This document shows positions 9,616 to 18,505 of a stretch of DNA of 64,000 nucleotides, piece by piece. The stretch is from NCBI GenBank assembly GCA_963753345.1, contig CAVWBU010000018.1, positions 32,001 through 96,000 on the forward strand, read 5' to 3'. The stretch's first letter is position 1, and every line of letters begins with the position of its first letter. A program made the translations under genes and the position numbers. The notes beneath the pieces were generated by a model. That model saw nothing but the letters and a program-made list of their open reading frames with translations, searched no databases and had not been told where the DNA came from. This stretch comes from an uncultured Fibrobacterota bacterium (GTDB taxonomy: Bacteria > Fibrobacterota > Chitinivibrionia > Chitinivibrionales > FEN-1185).

Positions 9616-10671
9616 ATGGACCCAGTCGAAAAAAACAACGGCAGCCGTATTGTGAGCGCCACAACCCGCGACGACGACGAATCGGGCGATGCAACACTCC
9701 GTCCCCAGCGGTTTGCCGACTTTGTCGGCCAGGAAAAGGAGAAGGAGAACATCGCGCTGTTCGTGGAGGCGGCAAAGAAGCGCAACGAAGCGCTCGATCA
9801 TATCCTGTTCACCGGGCCGCCGGGCCTTGGCAAGACCACCCTGTCCCGCATTCTTGCCAACGAGCTCGGCGTAAAGATCACCACTACCTCCGGACCGGTG
9901 CTCGAAAAACCCGGCGACCTGGCCGGGCACCTCACCAATCTTGCCGACCGCGACCTCCTGTTCATTGACGAAGTCCACAGGCTGCCGCACGTGGTCGAGG
10001 AATTCCTGTATCCGGCAATGGAAGATTTTGTGTTCGACATCATGCTCGGCGAGGGGCCGTCGGCGCAGTCGGTGCGGCTCAACCTCAAGCATTTCACGCT
10101 CGTGGGCGCCACCACGAGGCAGGGCATGCTCACCGCGCCCATGCTCGGCCGCTTCGGCTACGTGTGCCACCTCGGGTATTACAGCGCAAAGGAACTGCAG
10201 ACCATCGCCCTGCGGTCGGCGGGGATTCTCGGCGTAAAGTGCGACCAGGACGCGGCCCTGGAGCTGGGCCGCCGCGCCCGCGGCACGCCCCGCGTGGTGA
10301 ACCGGCTCCTGCGCCGCTGCCGCGATGTCGCGGAAGTAAAGGGCGCGGGCCGGGTGAATACGGAGGTGGTGAAGAAAACGCTTGCCATGCTCGGCATAGA
10401 CCCGGAAGGCCTTGACGAAATCGACAGGAAGATCCTGCTTTCCATTGTGGAACATTACGGCGGCGGCCCCGTGGGTCTCAACACCATCGCGGTGGTGGTG
10501 GGCGAGGAGCCGGAGACCATCGAGGAAGTGTACGAGCCGTTCCTCATCCAGAACGGGTTCCTCAAGCGCACGTCGCGCGGCAGGGAAGTGACGCCGCGGG
10601 TGTACTCGTATTTCAACCTTGATCCGAAAAAGTACGCGGGCCCGCAGGGGAATTTGTTTCAGGGGGAGTGA
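9616..10671 (+). CDS. ruvB: Holliday junction branch migration helicase RuvB
   Basis: LRPQRFADFVGQ, Walker A GPPGLGKTT, FIDEVHRL, VGATTR, RGTPR, EPFLIQ. Confidence 0.97.
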   Translation: MDPVEKNNGSRIVSATTRDDDESGDATLRPQRFADFVGQEKEKENIALFVEAAKKRNEALDHILFTGPPGLGKTTLSRILANELGVKITTTSGPVLEKPGDLAGHLTNLADRDLLFIDEVHRLPHVVEEFLYPAMEDFVFDIMLGEGPSAQSVRLNLKHFTLVGATTRQGMLTAPMLGRFGYVCHLGYYSAKELQTIALRSAGILGVKCDQDAALELGRRARGTPRVVNRLLRRCRDVAEVKGAGRVNTEVVKKTLAMLGIDPEGLDEIDRKILLSIVEHYGGGPVGLNTIAVVVGEEPETIEEVYEPFLIQNGFLKRTSRGREVTPRVYSYFNLDPKKYAGPQGNLFQGE

Positions 10672-10714
10672 AGAGTGAAAAGTTGAGAGTTTAGAGTTAA
10701 GAGTTGAGAGTGAA
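10666..10714 (+). repeat. Degenerate heptamer tandem repeat (GAGTTGA-like)
   Basis: GAGTGAA GAGTGAA AAGTTGA GAGTTTA GAGTTAA GAGTTGA GAGTGAA at the ruvB stop. Confidence 0.7.
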
Positions 10715-10803
10715 AGGAAAAGAGTAGGGCTGGCCGACTGTCCGCCTTTCGCGGCTGCGGCAGGAGCGTGGATGATTCCAGAAAATCAACCGGGAGTAGT
10801 ACC

Positions 10804-11022
10804 GTGAACTGGATGGACGTCGGCAGGTTTCTCATCATCGCGGGTACGGTCGTGATCGTGGTGGGCGTGCTGTTCCTCATGGCCGACAAATTCCCCATCG
10901 GCAGGCTGCCGGGCGACCTGCACTTCGGGGCGGGCCGCATAAGGATCTACATCCCCATCGCGACGTGCATTCTCCTCAGCGTCATCATCACCCTCATTGT
11001 CAATTTCTTTTCCAGAAAGTAA
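10804..11022 (+). CDS. DUF2905 family small membrane protein
   Basis: Two hydrophobic helices around GRLPGD and IYIPIATCILLS; GTG start after GGGAG. Confidence 0.85.
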   Translation: MNWMDVGRFLIIAGTVVIVVGVLFLMADKFPIGRLPGDLHFGAGRIRIYIPIATCILLSVIITLIVNFFSRK

Positions 11023-11028
11023 ACCTGC

Positions 11029-11310
11029 GTGGCCGTCAAGCGGATAGCCGTCACCGTTTCCGGACGCGTGCAGGGCGTTGGGTTCCGCTATTTTGCCAAG
11101 GACGCGGCGGATTCGCTGGGCCTTGCGGGCTGGGTGAGGAACAGTTTCGACAGGTCGGTGGAATGCGAGGCGCAGGGCGAGGACACGGACCTCGATGCGT
11201 TTTGCAACCGGCTCCGCGAAGGGCCGCCTTTGTCAAGGGTACAGGAGGTGACGGTGAACGAGATTCCGGTTGAGCAGGGCACGGGACCGGAATTTGAGAT
11301 TACGTTTTAG
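11029..11310 (+). CDS. acyP: Acylphosphatase
   Basis: VSGRVQGVGFRY, GWVRN, GPPLSRV. Confidence 0.95.
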   Translation: MAVKRIAVTVSGRVQGVGFRYFAKDAADSLGLAGWVRNSFDRSVECEAQGEDTDLDAFCNRLREGPPLSRVQEVTVNEIPVEQGTGPEFEITF

Positions 11311-11394
11311 CAATACATTCATTCTAACGCTCATGATGTTTCCATTCACCCACCTGCCGCAGGCCTTGGCCGCCCCGCTTCTATTTTGTATCCG

Positions 11395-14300
11395 TCAATG
11401 GCTACGCAATGTTTCCCCTCGCTGTTTCGATGACGACTTGACCGATGAGATCACCGGTGCTGTCAGGGCTCTTGAAAAACGGCGGTACATCGACGTCCAA
11501 TAGTTTGGCCTTGTGCCGTCTGAAATGCTCTTTGCGGAAGAAAGTTTTTTGTGCAGGCGTTCCACCTGCAGACAGAACGCCTCGATACGCGCCTCAATGA
11601 TCTGGGGAAACGGATTTCCGTCCGACTCAACGGACAAGAACGGCAGGGTTTCCGTGGCGCTCAATCCGAGTTTGGCGCTGCTTGCCGCGCCATCAAAGGC
11701 CACCTTGTTCTCCATGGTGGATTCGGCCGACAGCACGGCCTCGATGACCCTTGTCGCCATGCATGCAAAGGGCCCGATGGAAATGACACCCTGGACATGG
11801 CGTAAAATGTCCTTGAAAAAACAACCGACCACCAAAATCGCCTCCCCGGTGAACCGGACGTCGAAGAATTTCTTCCCGTAATCCATTATCGCGTCCATTT
11901 CAACGAGTTCGTATTCGTAAAGACCCGATGCTGCGAGTATCCGCTTGATTCTTCTTTCATAGCGGTTCTGCAGCAGGCGCTTGGCCTCAAATTCCATTTT
12001 CCCTTTTATGCCGAAGGACGCTTCGTAGATATTGTTCCCCACATTGTAATCACAATAGGTCAGCCATTCGAGCACATGCGCCCTTTTTGCGATGATGTCG
12101 CGTTTGGCAAGACGCTCCACAAGGTCCTGGCATGAGAAATACTCCCTGCGGACGAATATTTCCCCAAGCAGCGACACGACCTTGGCTTCGTGCAGCGGAT
12201 ACCGCAGGGGAATTGCCGCAAGCTCCGCGGCAACGCTCTCCAGGAGAGGATACAGGCCCTTGCCGCGTTTTTCGGAAAACAGGGTAAGGATTCTTTGCCA
12301 CTGTCCCTCAAAGACGCGGGATGCTTCCTCCTTGTCAACAGCCAGAACCGTCAGGGCGTTCTTAATGTCTTCCATGATGTCGGAAATAATGATGGATTTC
12401 AAGATGTTGAGCACGTCGGACATGGCCAGTCCCGCATAGCCGTTTTCGTTGGTCAGGCTAAGCAGCGCGACATTGTTGATCCCGTTTTTCCGGATGAGCT
12501 TGTTGAGAAAGACCTGGTACTGGGTAAACCTGCAATTGCCGGGGCATGTCGGCATGAAATAGACAAGATACTCGTCCGGGTCTCTGGGTCTGCGCAGGTA
12601 CTCGAGAAGGCCCCCGGCGGTAAGCAGGAGCGGCAGACATTCCTTGCACGATGCGTGCCCACGGCCCAGCTTGAGCGCCTCAAAATCATATACAGGAATT
12701 TCAGAGGACCGGATACCGCTTCCGTTAAAAATCGCCGACACGGTCTCGCTGCCCAATCGCCCCATGGAGGGAAGGAGAAGATGCACTTTCTTGTCATAGA
12801 GACTGACTTTTTCCCCCGAGGAGGCAATGAATAATGGCTTGCCGTTTTCGAAGCTGATGGCCGCCGGCGAAAACTCTGTTTGCGCCCGGGCGTCCAGGCT
12901 GATGCCGCGGTATTTATTTACAATGTCAAGAAACGCCTCGATCCGCGTATTGACACCTGCGTCGGCGGTATGGCTGTCCAATTCCAGCGTCAGCGACGGT
13001 TTTGTCTTCATGATATCGCGGAAATAGCCCACCAAGAACGAATCAGGGCCGCAACTGAAATTGGTGATATAGGTGCCGAACAACTGGGGATGTCTTTCAA
13101 CGACCTGGGAGACTTTCATCAAATTTTGCCCGAGCGCCCAGCACATGTCCATGGAACAGGATTCCTGCTCGAATTGCAGGAAATCCCACGGAATGATATG
13201 CACCCCGCGCGAGGCGAATTTTGCCGGTATCCCGAGATTGGCCTCTTTTGCAAAAGCATTGTACGGCCTGCCGAAAAGGACTATGGCCGACTCATCGGGG
13301 TTCTTTTCCAGTTCCCGCAGCCAGGCGGCGCCGATTTCCTTGAGTTTTGCAAAGAATTCCCTTTGCTTTACAACGGCAAATGCGTAGGCTTCCTCGCCTT
13401 CCGACGCCGATTTTCCCAACGCCGTTGCAAGCCCTGCAAAGATTTCCTTTTGCGTGTCCCAGCCCTGCGCGAAATCGATGGTAGGTGAAAGGATACGGGC
13501 CTTATTGGCAACGTCCTTGAATGCGCTCTTCAGGCAATACGGTTCGCTCTGAAGCAGCAGGCAGGTGGTCTGGTGTTCGCGTTTCCTGCTCATTGCATTT
13601 TCGACATACAGTTCGAGTATCTTGGGCAGAAAAATATAATCGAGGTCCTTTTTGACAAGATTGTAGTAACTGCCGTGTGAAATCTCGCCGGGGTAGCACA
13701 GCGTGGTCCGCTTGCGTTTGATACCTGCGGGGTCAACGTTGTCGGACAGCTCGACGCGCGCGCCGAGCCGGGCAAAGAAGTGGGAAAACATCGGGAACAG
13801 CATATTGGTCAAGAACGATCTGCTTATTCCCACGCGCGGGCCGCTGCCTTCACTATTCTTGCCTGCGAACGTTTCGAAGGCAAGCTCCTGTCGGATCTTG
13901 ACGTAATCGAACTTTGACGCGTCAAAGCTCACATGGTGGATTAGGTTGTAGTATTTATTGCACGCGCCGCCGAAGGGATACTTTTCGCCGTCGATGATCA
14001 TCATGTTGATTTCGCAACCGCGGTCGCATTTTTCCGCCCCGCCTGCGCAGGTGAACGTCCGTCCGTATTCGATTTCCCGGTGGAACAGTTTTTTCAAATC
14101 AAACGTCTTTTTCGGGCATTGTCCGCGCGCGATCCGGTTCTTTACCTCAAGCGCCACACCGAACGCGCCCATGAGTCCCGGCTCCGGCGGCACAACGATT
14201 TCCTTGCCCACGAGGTTGGCCATGGCAAGGGGCACCGCCTTATTGTAGCACACGCCGCCCTGCATGAATATCTTTTTGCCCGATGAGCGCTGTCCCTTGA

Positions 14301-15822
14301 CACGGTTGACATAGTTCATGCAAATGGAATACACGAGCCCCGCGACAATATCTTCCCTGTCAATGCCCTCGTTGGACGCCGTTTTGATGTCGGAACTGAT
14401 GAACGCCGCGCATTGGTCGTTAAAGTTAGGGGGGCGCTGCCCCGCCAGGGCGATTTTTTCGATATCGCGATAATCGATCCCGCAGCTCTCGTGCGCCGAT
14501 TCCTCCAAAAAGGAACCCGTTCCCGCGGAACAGGCCTCGTTCATGGCATAGTCGGACGGCACGCCGTTGGTGAGGTACGTATATTTGGCGTCCTGCCCGC
14601 CGATTTCAAAAATGGTGTCCACGTCCCGGTCGTAGTAGGCGGCCGCCGTAGCATGGGCGATGATCTCGTTGATCACCGAGTCGGTTGACGCATGCAATGC
14701 CGCGATCTGCCTTCCGGAACCGGTGGTGCCGAGTCCGACAATCGAAAGAGGGACGTTGATGTGCCGGTCGAGCTCCCAATAACATTCCCGGGAGGCCTTG
14801 ACCGGATTGCCGTTCGTGCGCAGATAAATGGAGCCGACTATGGCGTTGTCGCCGGTCCGCAACAGCACTGCTTTGGTCGTGGTCGAGCCGACATCCAGTC
14901 CGACAACGCATTCATCCCCGGCCTGCGCAACCGCTTCATGGGATTCTTCAAACCGCACGAGGCTGCTTGCATTTTTTAGAGGAGAGTGAATGTCAAAGGA
15001 AATTCTATCGGCCTTGAAGATATTGTGGGCATCGACGTTCCAGGTCACTTTGTTCTTCAAGGCGTAGTAGGCGACGCCCAGCGCCTCAAAAACATCGGCA
15101 TGTTCGGGAATAATAAGGTTTTCAATTTTTCCCCGCAAAAGGTCCATGACCACGGCATTGTTGGTGACGCCGCCGACAACAACAATGTTCTTCTTCTCGA
15201 CTTTTTCCAGGAGGTCGAGGATTTTGTCGGCCATCATGCCGCACAGTCCCGCGGTGACCCTTCCGATGGGGATCCCCTTGTTGAGCGCGTGGGTGCAATC
15301 GCTTTTGCAGAAAACCGAGCAGCGGCCGGAAACTTTGAACGGTTCGCAGCCGTGCGCCAGCTGAACCGCTTCATCGGCCGAAATGTTCATCCTGCGGATC
15401 TGCTGCAGGAAAAACTCTCCGGTCCCCGAGGCGCACTTGTTCCCGGTTTCCACGGTCGCGATGGCGCCGTTGTTGTCCAATAGGTAAACAATGAAACTTT
15501 CCGCGCCAAGGCTGGCGACGGCGGGATAGCGGGGAGCGTGGGGGTCGTTGGCTTTGACAAAAGAGATTCCGTATTCCAATGCCTCTGGTTCGGTGATCGA
15601 GGGCGCGTTGATGATGTCCCGGAATTTCCTTCCCGTGAGCATACCGTACGCAAAGTTCTCGATGTCCAGTTCGCGCAGAAGCCCGGTAAACACCTCGCGC
15701 GGGTTGCTTTCGTGGTTTCTAATGATGGTCTGGGCAACCCTGACAACGCCGTCCTCTTCGACGAGTTCCACGATTTTTATGTTCGTGGCCCCCAGACAAA
15801 TTCCGAGTGAGTTTGATTTCAA
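11395..15822 (-). CDS. Multidomain 2-hydroxyacyl-CoA dehydratase activase-like protein (two BadF/BcrAD ATPase domains + DUF2229-like)
   Basis: KCASGTGEF, SGRCSVFCKSD, GLDVGSTTTK, EIGGQDAK, NEACSAGTGSFLEE, QCAAF, NFSCGPDS; TTG start. Confidence 0.88.
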   Translation of the reverse strand: MKSNSLGICLGATNIKIVELVEEDGVVRVAQTIIRNHESNPREVFTGLLRELDIENFAYGMLTGRKFRDIINAPSITEPEALEYGISFVKANDPHAPRYPAVASLGAESFIVYLLDNNGAIATVETGNKCASGTGEFFLQQIRRMNISADEAVQLAHGCEPFKVSGRCSVFCKSDCTHALNKGIPIGRVTAGLCGMMADKILDLLEKVEKKNIVVVGGVTNNAVVMDLLRGKIENLIIPEHADVFEALGVAYYALKNKVTWNVDAHNIFKADRISFDIHSPLKNASSLVRFEESHEAVAQAGDECVVGLDVGSTTTKAVLLRTGDNAIVGSIYLRTNGNPVKASRECYWELDRHINVPLSIVGLGTTGSGRQIAALHASTDSVINEIIAHATAAAYYDRDVDTIFEIGGQDAKYTYLTNGVPSDYAMNEACSAGTGSFLEESAHESCGIDYRDIEKIALAGQRPPNFNDQCAAFISSDIKTASNEGIDREDIVAGLVYSICMNYVNRVKGQRSSGKKIFMQGGVCYNKAVPLAMANLVGKEIVVPPEPGLMGAFGVALEVKNRIARGQCPKKTFDLKKLFHREIEYGRTFTCAGGAEKCDRGCEINMMIIDGEKYPFGGACNKYYNLIHHVSFDASKFDYVKIRQELAFETFAGKNSEGSGPRVGISRSFLTNMLFPMFSHFFARLGARVELSDNVDPAGIKRKRTTLCYPGEISHGSYYNLVKKDLDYIFLPKILELYVENAMSRKREHQTTCLLLQSEPYCLKSAFKDVANKARILSPTIDFAQGWDTQKEIFAGLATALGKSASEGEEAYAFAVVKQREFFAKLKEIGAAWLRELEKNPDESAIVLFGRPYNAFAKEANLGIPAKFASRGVHIIPWDFLQFEQESCSMDMCWALGQNLMKVSQVVERHPQLFGTYITNFSCGPDSFLVGYFRDIMKTKPSLTLELDSHTADAGVNTRIEAFLDIVNKYRGISLDARAQTEFSPAAISFENGKPLFIASSGEKVSLYDKKVHLLLPSMGRLGSETVSAIFNGSGIRSSEIPVYDFEALKLGRGHASCKECLPLLLTAGGLLEYLRRPRDPDEYLVYFMPTCPGNCRFTQYQVFLNKLIRKNGINNVALLSLTNENGYAGLAMSDVLNILKSIIISDIMEDIKNALTVLAVDKEEASRVFEGQWQRILTLFSEKRGKGLYPLLESVAAELAAIPLRYPLHEAKVVSLLGEIFVRREYFSCQDLVERLAKRDIIAKRAHVLEWLTYCDYNVGNNIYEASFGIKGKMEFEAKRLLQNRYERRIKRILAASGLYEYELVEMDAIMDYGKKFFDVRFTGEAILVVGCFFKDILRHVQGVISIGPFACMATRVIEAVLSAESTMENKVAFDGAASSAKLGLSATETLPFLSVESDGNPFPQIIEARIEAFCLQVERLHKKLSSAKSISDGTRPNYWTSMYRRFSRALTAPVISSVKSSSKQRGETLRSH

Positions 15823-16499
15823 AGTAGAAAGCCCTCTGAAAAAGTGAAGGGTGCTGTCTCGGTTTGAAAGGATTTCGCTTCTTCAACAGGGCAACACTGC
15901 ATTCATGTTCTGAGTGAGAAACCGATTAACCCAAGTGTGGAGTGTCACCTATATCAGAATCTTCACGAAGTTGCTATCCGGTTTATAGCTCAGCTTTTCC
16001 CTTGCGCATGATGTGAAATGAATAACCGGCGATAAAGAACAATTTTTTTTGGGGCTGATTTGGTTGGGTGTCTCCCTGCGAGAATGTAATATACAATCGG
16101 CATGCCACAACGAATTGGCGAATTTAGGGGCTTTGTCTTCCGCAAGGAACCGGTCATCGGGCTGTCGCACCTGCCGCAGCAGTTCCGCGGCGGCGCGGCC
16201 GCCGGCCCGCGATCAATCTCTCATGTCAAGGTTTTCCACTTTTTTCGCTTCCTACCAAACGCAACCATGGTTTCATTTAGTTCTACCAAACGAAATTAGA
16301 CTTGCGTTTAGTATGGCAAAATGGGAAGTCATAAGCGGTGCGTTGAGTTTATGGGTCTATTTTGACACAACAGCACCTTGTTCAGGAAGTGCAAGCGGCT
16401 GGGGATCTATGCCAGGAAAGACGGGGGGGGGGGTAATCCATTTTCCTTTTTTAGCTGATCTGACGCTCTTCGTCGCTGATCAGTAATTTTTGCCTCGCT

Positions 16500-16673
16500 T
16501 TATTTCTTTCCGCCCTCCGCCATCTCATATCTCCGGTGCCATTTTGCAATCACCTCTTTTTCGTGCTCAATGGCGTAAGGATCGTCCGGATTTTTTCTCT
16601 GATTCTCAGGAAGAGAAAAGGAATCTTCCAGACGGCATCTTCGCTCTTTTTCATCATGCATGGTTTGGTTCAT
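16500..16673 (-). CDS. Small hydrophilic hypothetical protein (57 aa)
   Basis: Strong RBS AAGGGAGGT before ATG 16673; hairpin downstream near 16447-16484. Confidence 0.55.
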   Translation of the reverse strand: MNQTMHDEKERRCRLEDSFSLPENQRKNPDDPYAIEHEKEVIAKWHRRYEMAEGGKK

Positions 16674-16930
16674 AAGACCTCCCTTGTTAAGCGGTTGAAT
16701 AGGGAGTTTCCACAACTCATCTTTCTTTTATAGAGATTACGTTTAGCCAGGAGGGAATATGGCAGGAAGAATGCTGGAAACAGGGATCAGGATAGTCTGA
16801 TTGACTGCCGATTGCCGATGACGGTGTGGCGCAGAAGAGCAAGGCGTTTTCCCGGTTTTTGCGTTGTGGGAATAACGTTATTTGTCGGAAGGGGGGCGGC
16901 AAAAATTGAAAGCGGCGGAATTTAATACCC

Positions 16931-16960
16931 TTGACATCCGCTCCTACGGCTTTCTATATT
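16931..16960 (+). promoter_or_regulatory. Sigma70-type promoter TTGACA-N18-TATATT
   Basis: Direct sequence match upstream of the 17078 CDS; the same pattern recurs elsewhere in the window. Confidence 0.6.
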
Positions 16961-17077
16961 CCAATAAGGCAAACCGATGCCGGAGCAAGACCGGACGGTC
17001 TGGCCGCAATTCCGCAAGAGTCAACCGCAGTGTAGGTTTTCGGGCCTCTTCCTGTTCATTCAACAAGGGAGGTTGTA

Positions 17078-18109
17078 ATGCGTTTAACCGGCGTGTTACT
17101 CTTTCTTTTGGCGACAGGAAACGTTGCTTTTGGCCAGGTTGCTTCCGATTACTACAATAAACCGAGTCAGGAGGTGTTCGAGAGCGTTTCTCAGGAGAGC
17201 ACGTTTGTTCATCACGGTGGTTTCTTGCCGTGTTTCAAGTCCGTCCTGCAATGGGCTCAAAAGAACAGGGAGAAGTACAATTTTCTTTCCGTGACCTCCG
17301 TCGATTCTTTGGGCATCGTCCGGGTGACCTCATCGTTCGATTGTCAACATCTTCACAGCGCCGACCGGCCGGGGTTGCTCACGCCGTGCAATTTGATCCT
17401 GACATCACGTTCGAATTCGCTGGCAATCGGATTCGCTGATCTCAAGTCAAGAGATTGCGGGGTATTGTGGCGGGTGTCCATTGAAAAGGAACTGGTCCGT
17501 CTCATCTCACTTCTTCCGGATTCCGTTCCGTCACCAAGTGTTCCCGTCGCGAGGCACCTGTATCGAGGATTGGGGTATCCCGGGAGCGTCGATTCCATTT
17601 TTGACGCGATTCGCGCCGACAGCATGGCCCACGCCGACAGCGTTTTTCAGGCCCGCATTTCGGATTCCATTGCCGCTCTGGCGCAGGCCGCGGCCGCGGT
17701 CGATGTTGACACCGCGGCACGCAGAGAAACCGACAGTATCGGCATTGTCGTTCGCAAAGACTCTGTTGAGGAGCAGAAACAGGCGGCGGAAATTTTCAAA
17801 AATAGTCCTGTTCTCAAGGGGAAGGAAGTTACCACTGATGCAAAACTAGACTGTCTTGTCTTTTTTCTTTCCAACAAGCTTCGAACCGTGGAACAGATGA
17901 GAACCTATCTCGTGTGCCTTGAGAAGCTTTGCAACGATGGGATGTCGTTTTATTACGCTGTGAGGAAAATGGTGTCACCCGACCAAAAACATTTGTGTCT
18001 GCTTTCATACAAGAAACTGCAGGGCGATTACGGCAAAGTGCAGGCTATGCTCTATAGAGTGGAAGGTGGCGACAGAGAAATGCCTCGCCCGGCCGGAAGA
18101 GAGCGTTGA
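17078..18109 (+). CDS. Secreted hypothetical protein
   Basis: RBS AAGGGAGGT, signal peptide MRLTGVLLFLLATGNVAFG-Q; no recognised domain. Confidence 0.7.
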   Translation: MRLTGVLLFLLATGNVAFGQVASDYYNKPSQEVFESVSQESTFVHHGGFLPCFKSVLQWAQKNREKYNFLSVTSVDSLGIVRVTSSFDCQHLHSADRPGLLTPCNLILTSRSNSLAIGFADLKSRDCGVLWRVSIEKELVRLISLLPDSVPSPSVPVARHLYRGLGYPGSVDSIFDAIRADSMAHADSVFQARISDSIAALAQAAAAVDVDTAARRETDSIGIVVRKDSVEEQKQAAEIFKNSPVLKGKEVTTDAKLDCLVFFLSNKLRTVEQMRTYLVCLEKLCNDGMSFYYAVRKMVSPDQKHLCLLSYKKLQGDYGKVQAMLYRVEGGDREMPRPAGRER

Positions 18110-18242
18110 GTGGCACGCCCCCTCGCAACTGTCAAGTTTAAGACCGCTGCAAAACCGCCACGGAAATACACCGGATACTGTTTTTGGGGTCGGAATTCAG
18201 CGTGATGTATTTTAATACGTCGAAATTCGCTGAAATTTCAAT

Positions 18243-18316
18243 GCCCCAGTAGCTCAGTTGGATAGAGCACCGGTTTCCTAAACCGGTTGTCACTGGTTCA
18301 ATTCCGGTCTGGGGTA
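18243..18316 (+). tRNA. tRNA-Arg (anticodon CCT), CCA not encoded
   Basis: Acceptor GCCCCAG/CTGGGGT, D-arm GCTC...GAGC, anticodon arm CCGGT-TTCCTAA-ACCGG, T-loop GGTTCAATT. Confidence 0.95.
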
Positions 18317-18505
18317 CTCTTTTTTCCCCGTAAAAGCAGGCTGTTCTTGGAAGTTTGTCCCAAGAATGGCCTGTCTTCCATGGTTCCTTTTCCTCGTTGC
18401 TTTTGGGCCCGGAAATATCAGGAAAAGCGTCCATCTTTTCCATCATCCCGGGCCATGACCGATTGCGATCCACCCTGTGATATTTTGCAGGACTTCACAC
18501 GTTTC

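Noticed and set aside
16965-17045. c-di-GMP-I riboswitch (GGCAAACC)
   Set aside because: The GAAA tetraloop stem and GACGCAAAGC segment are absent.
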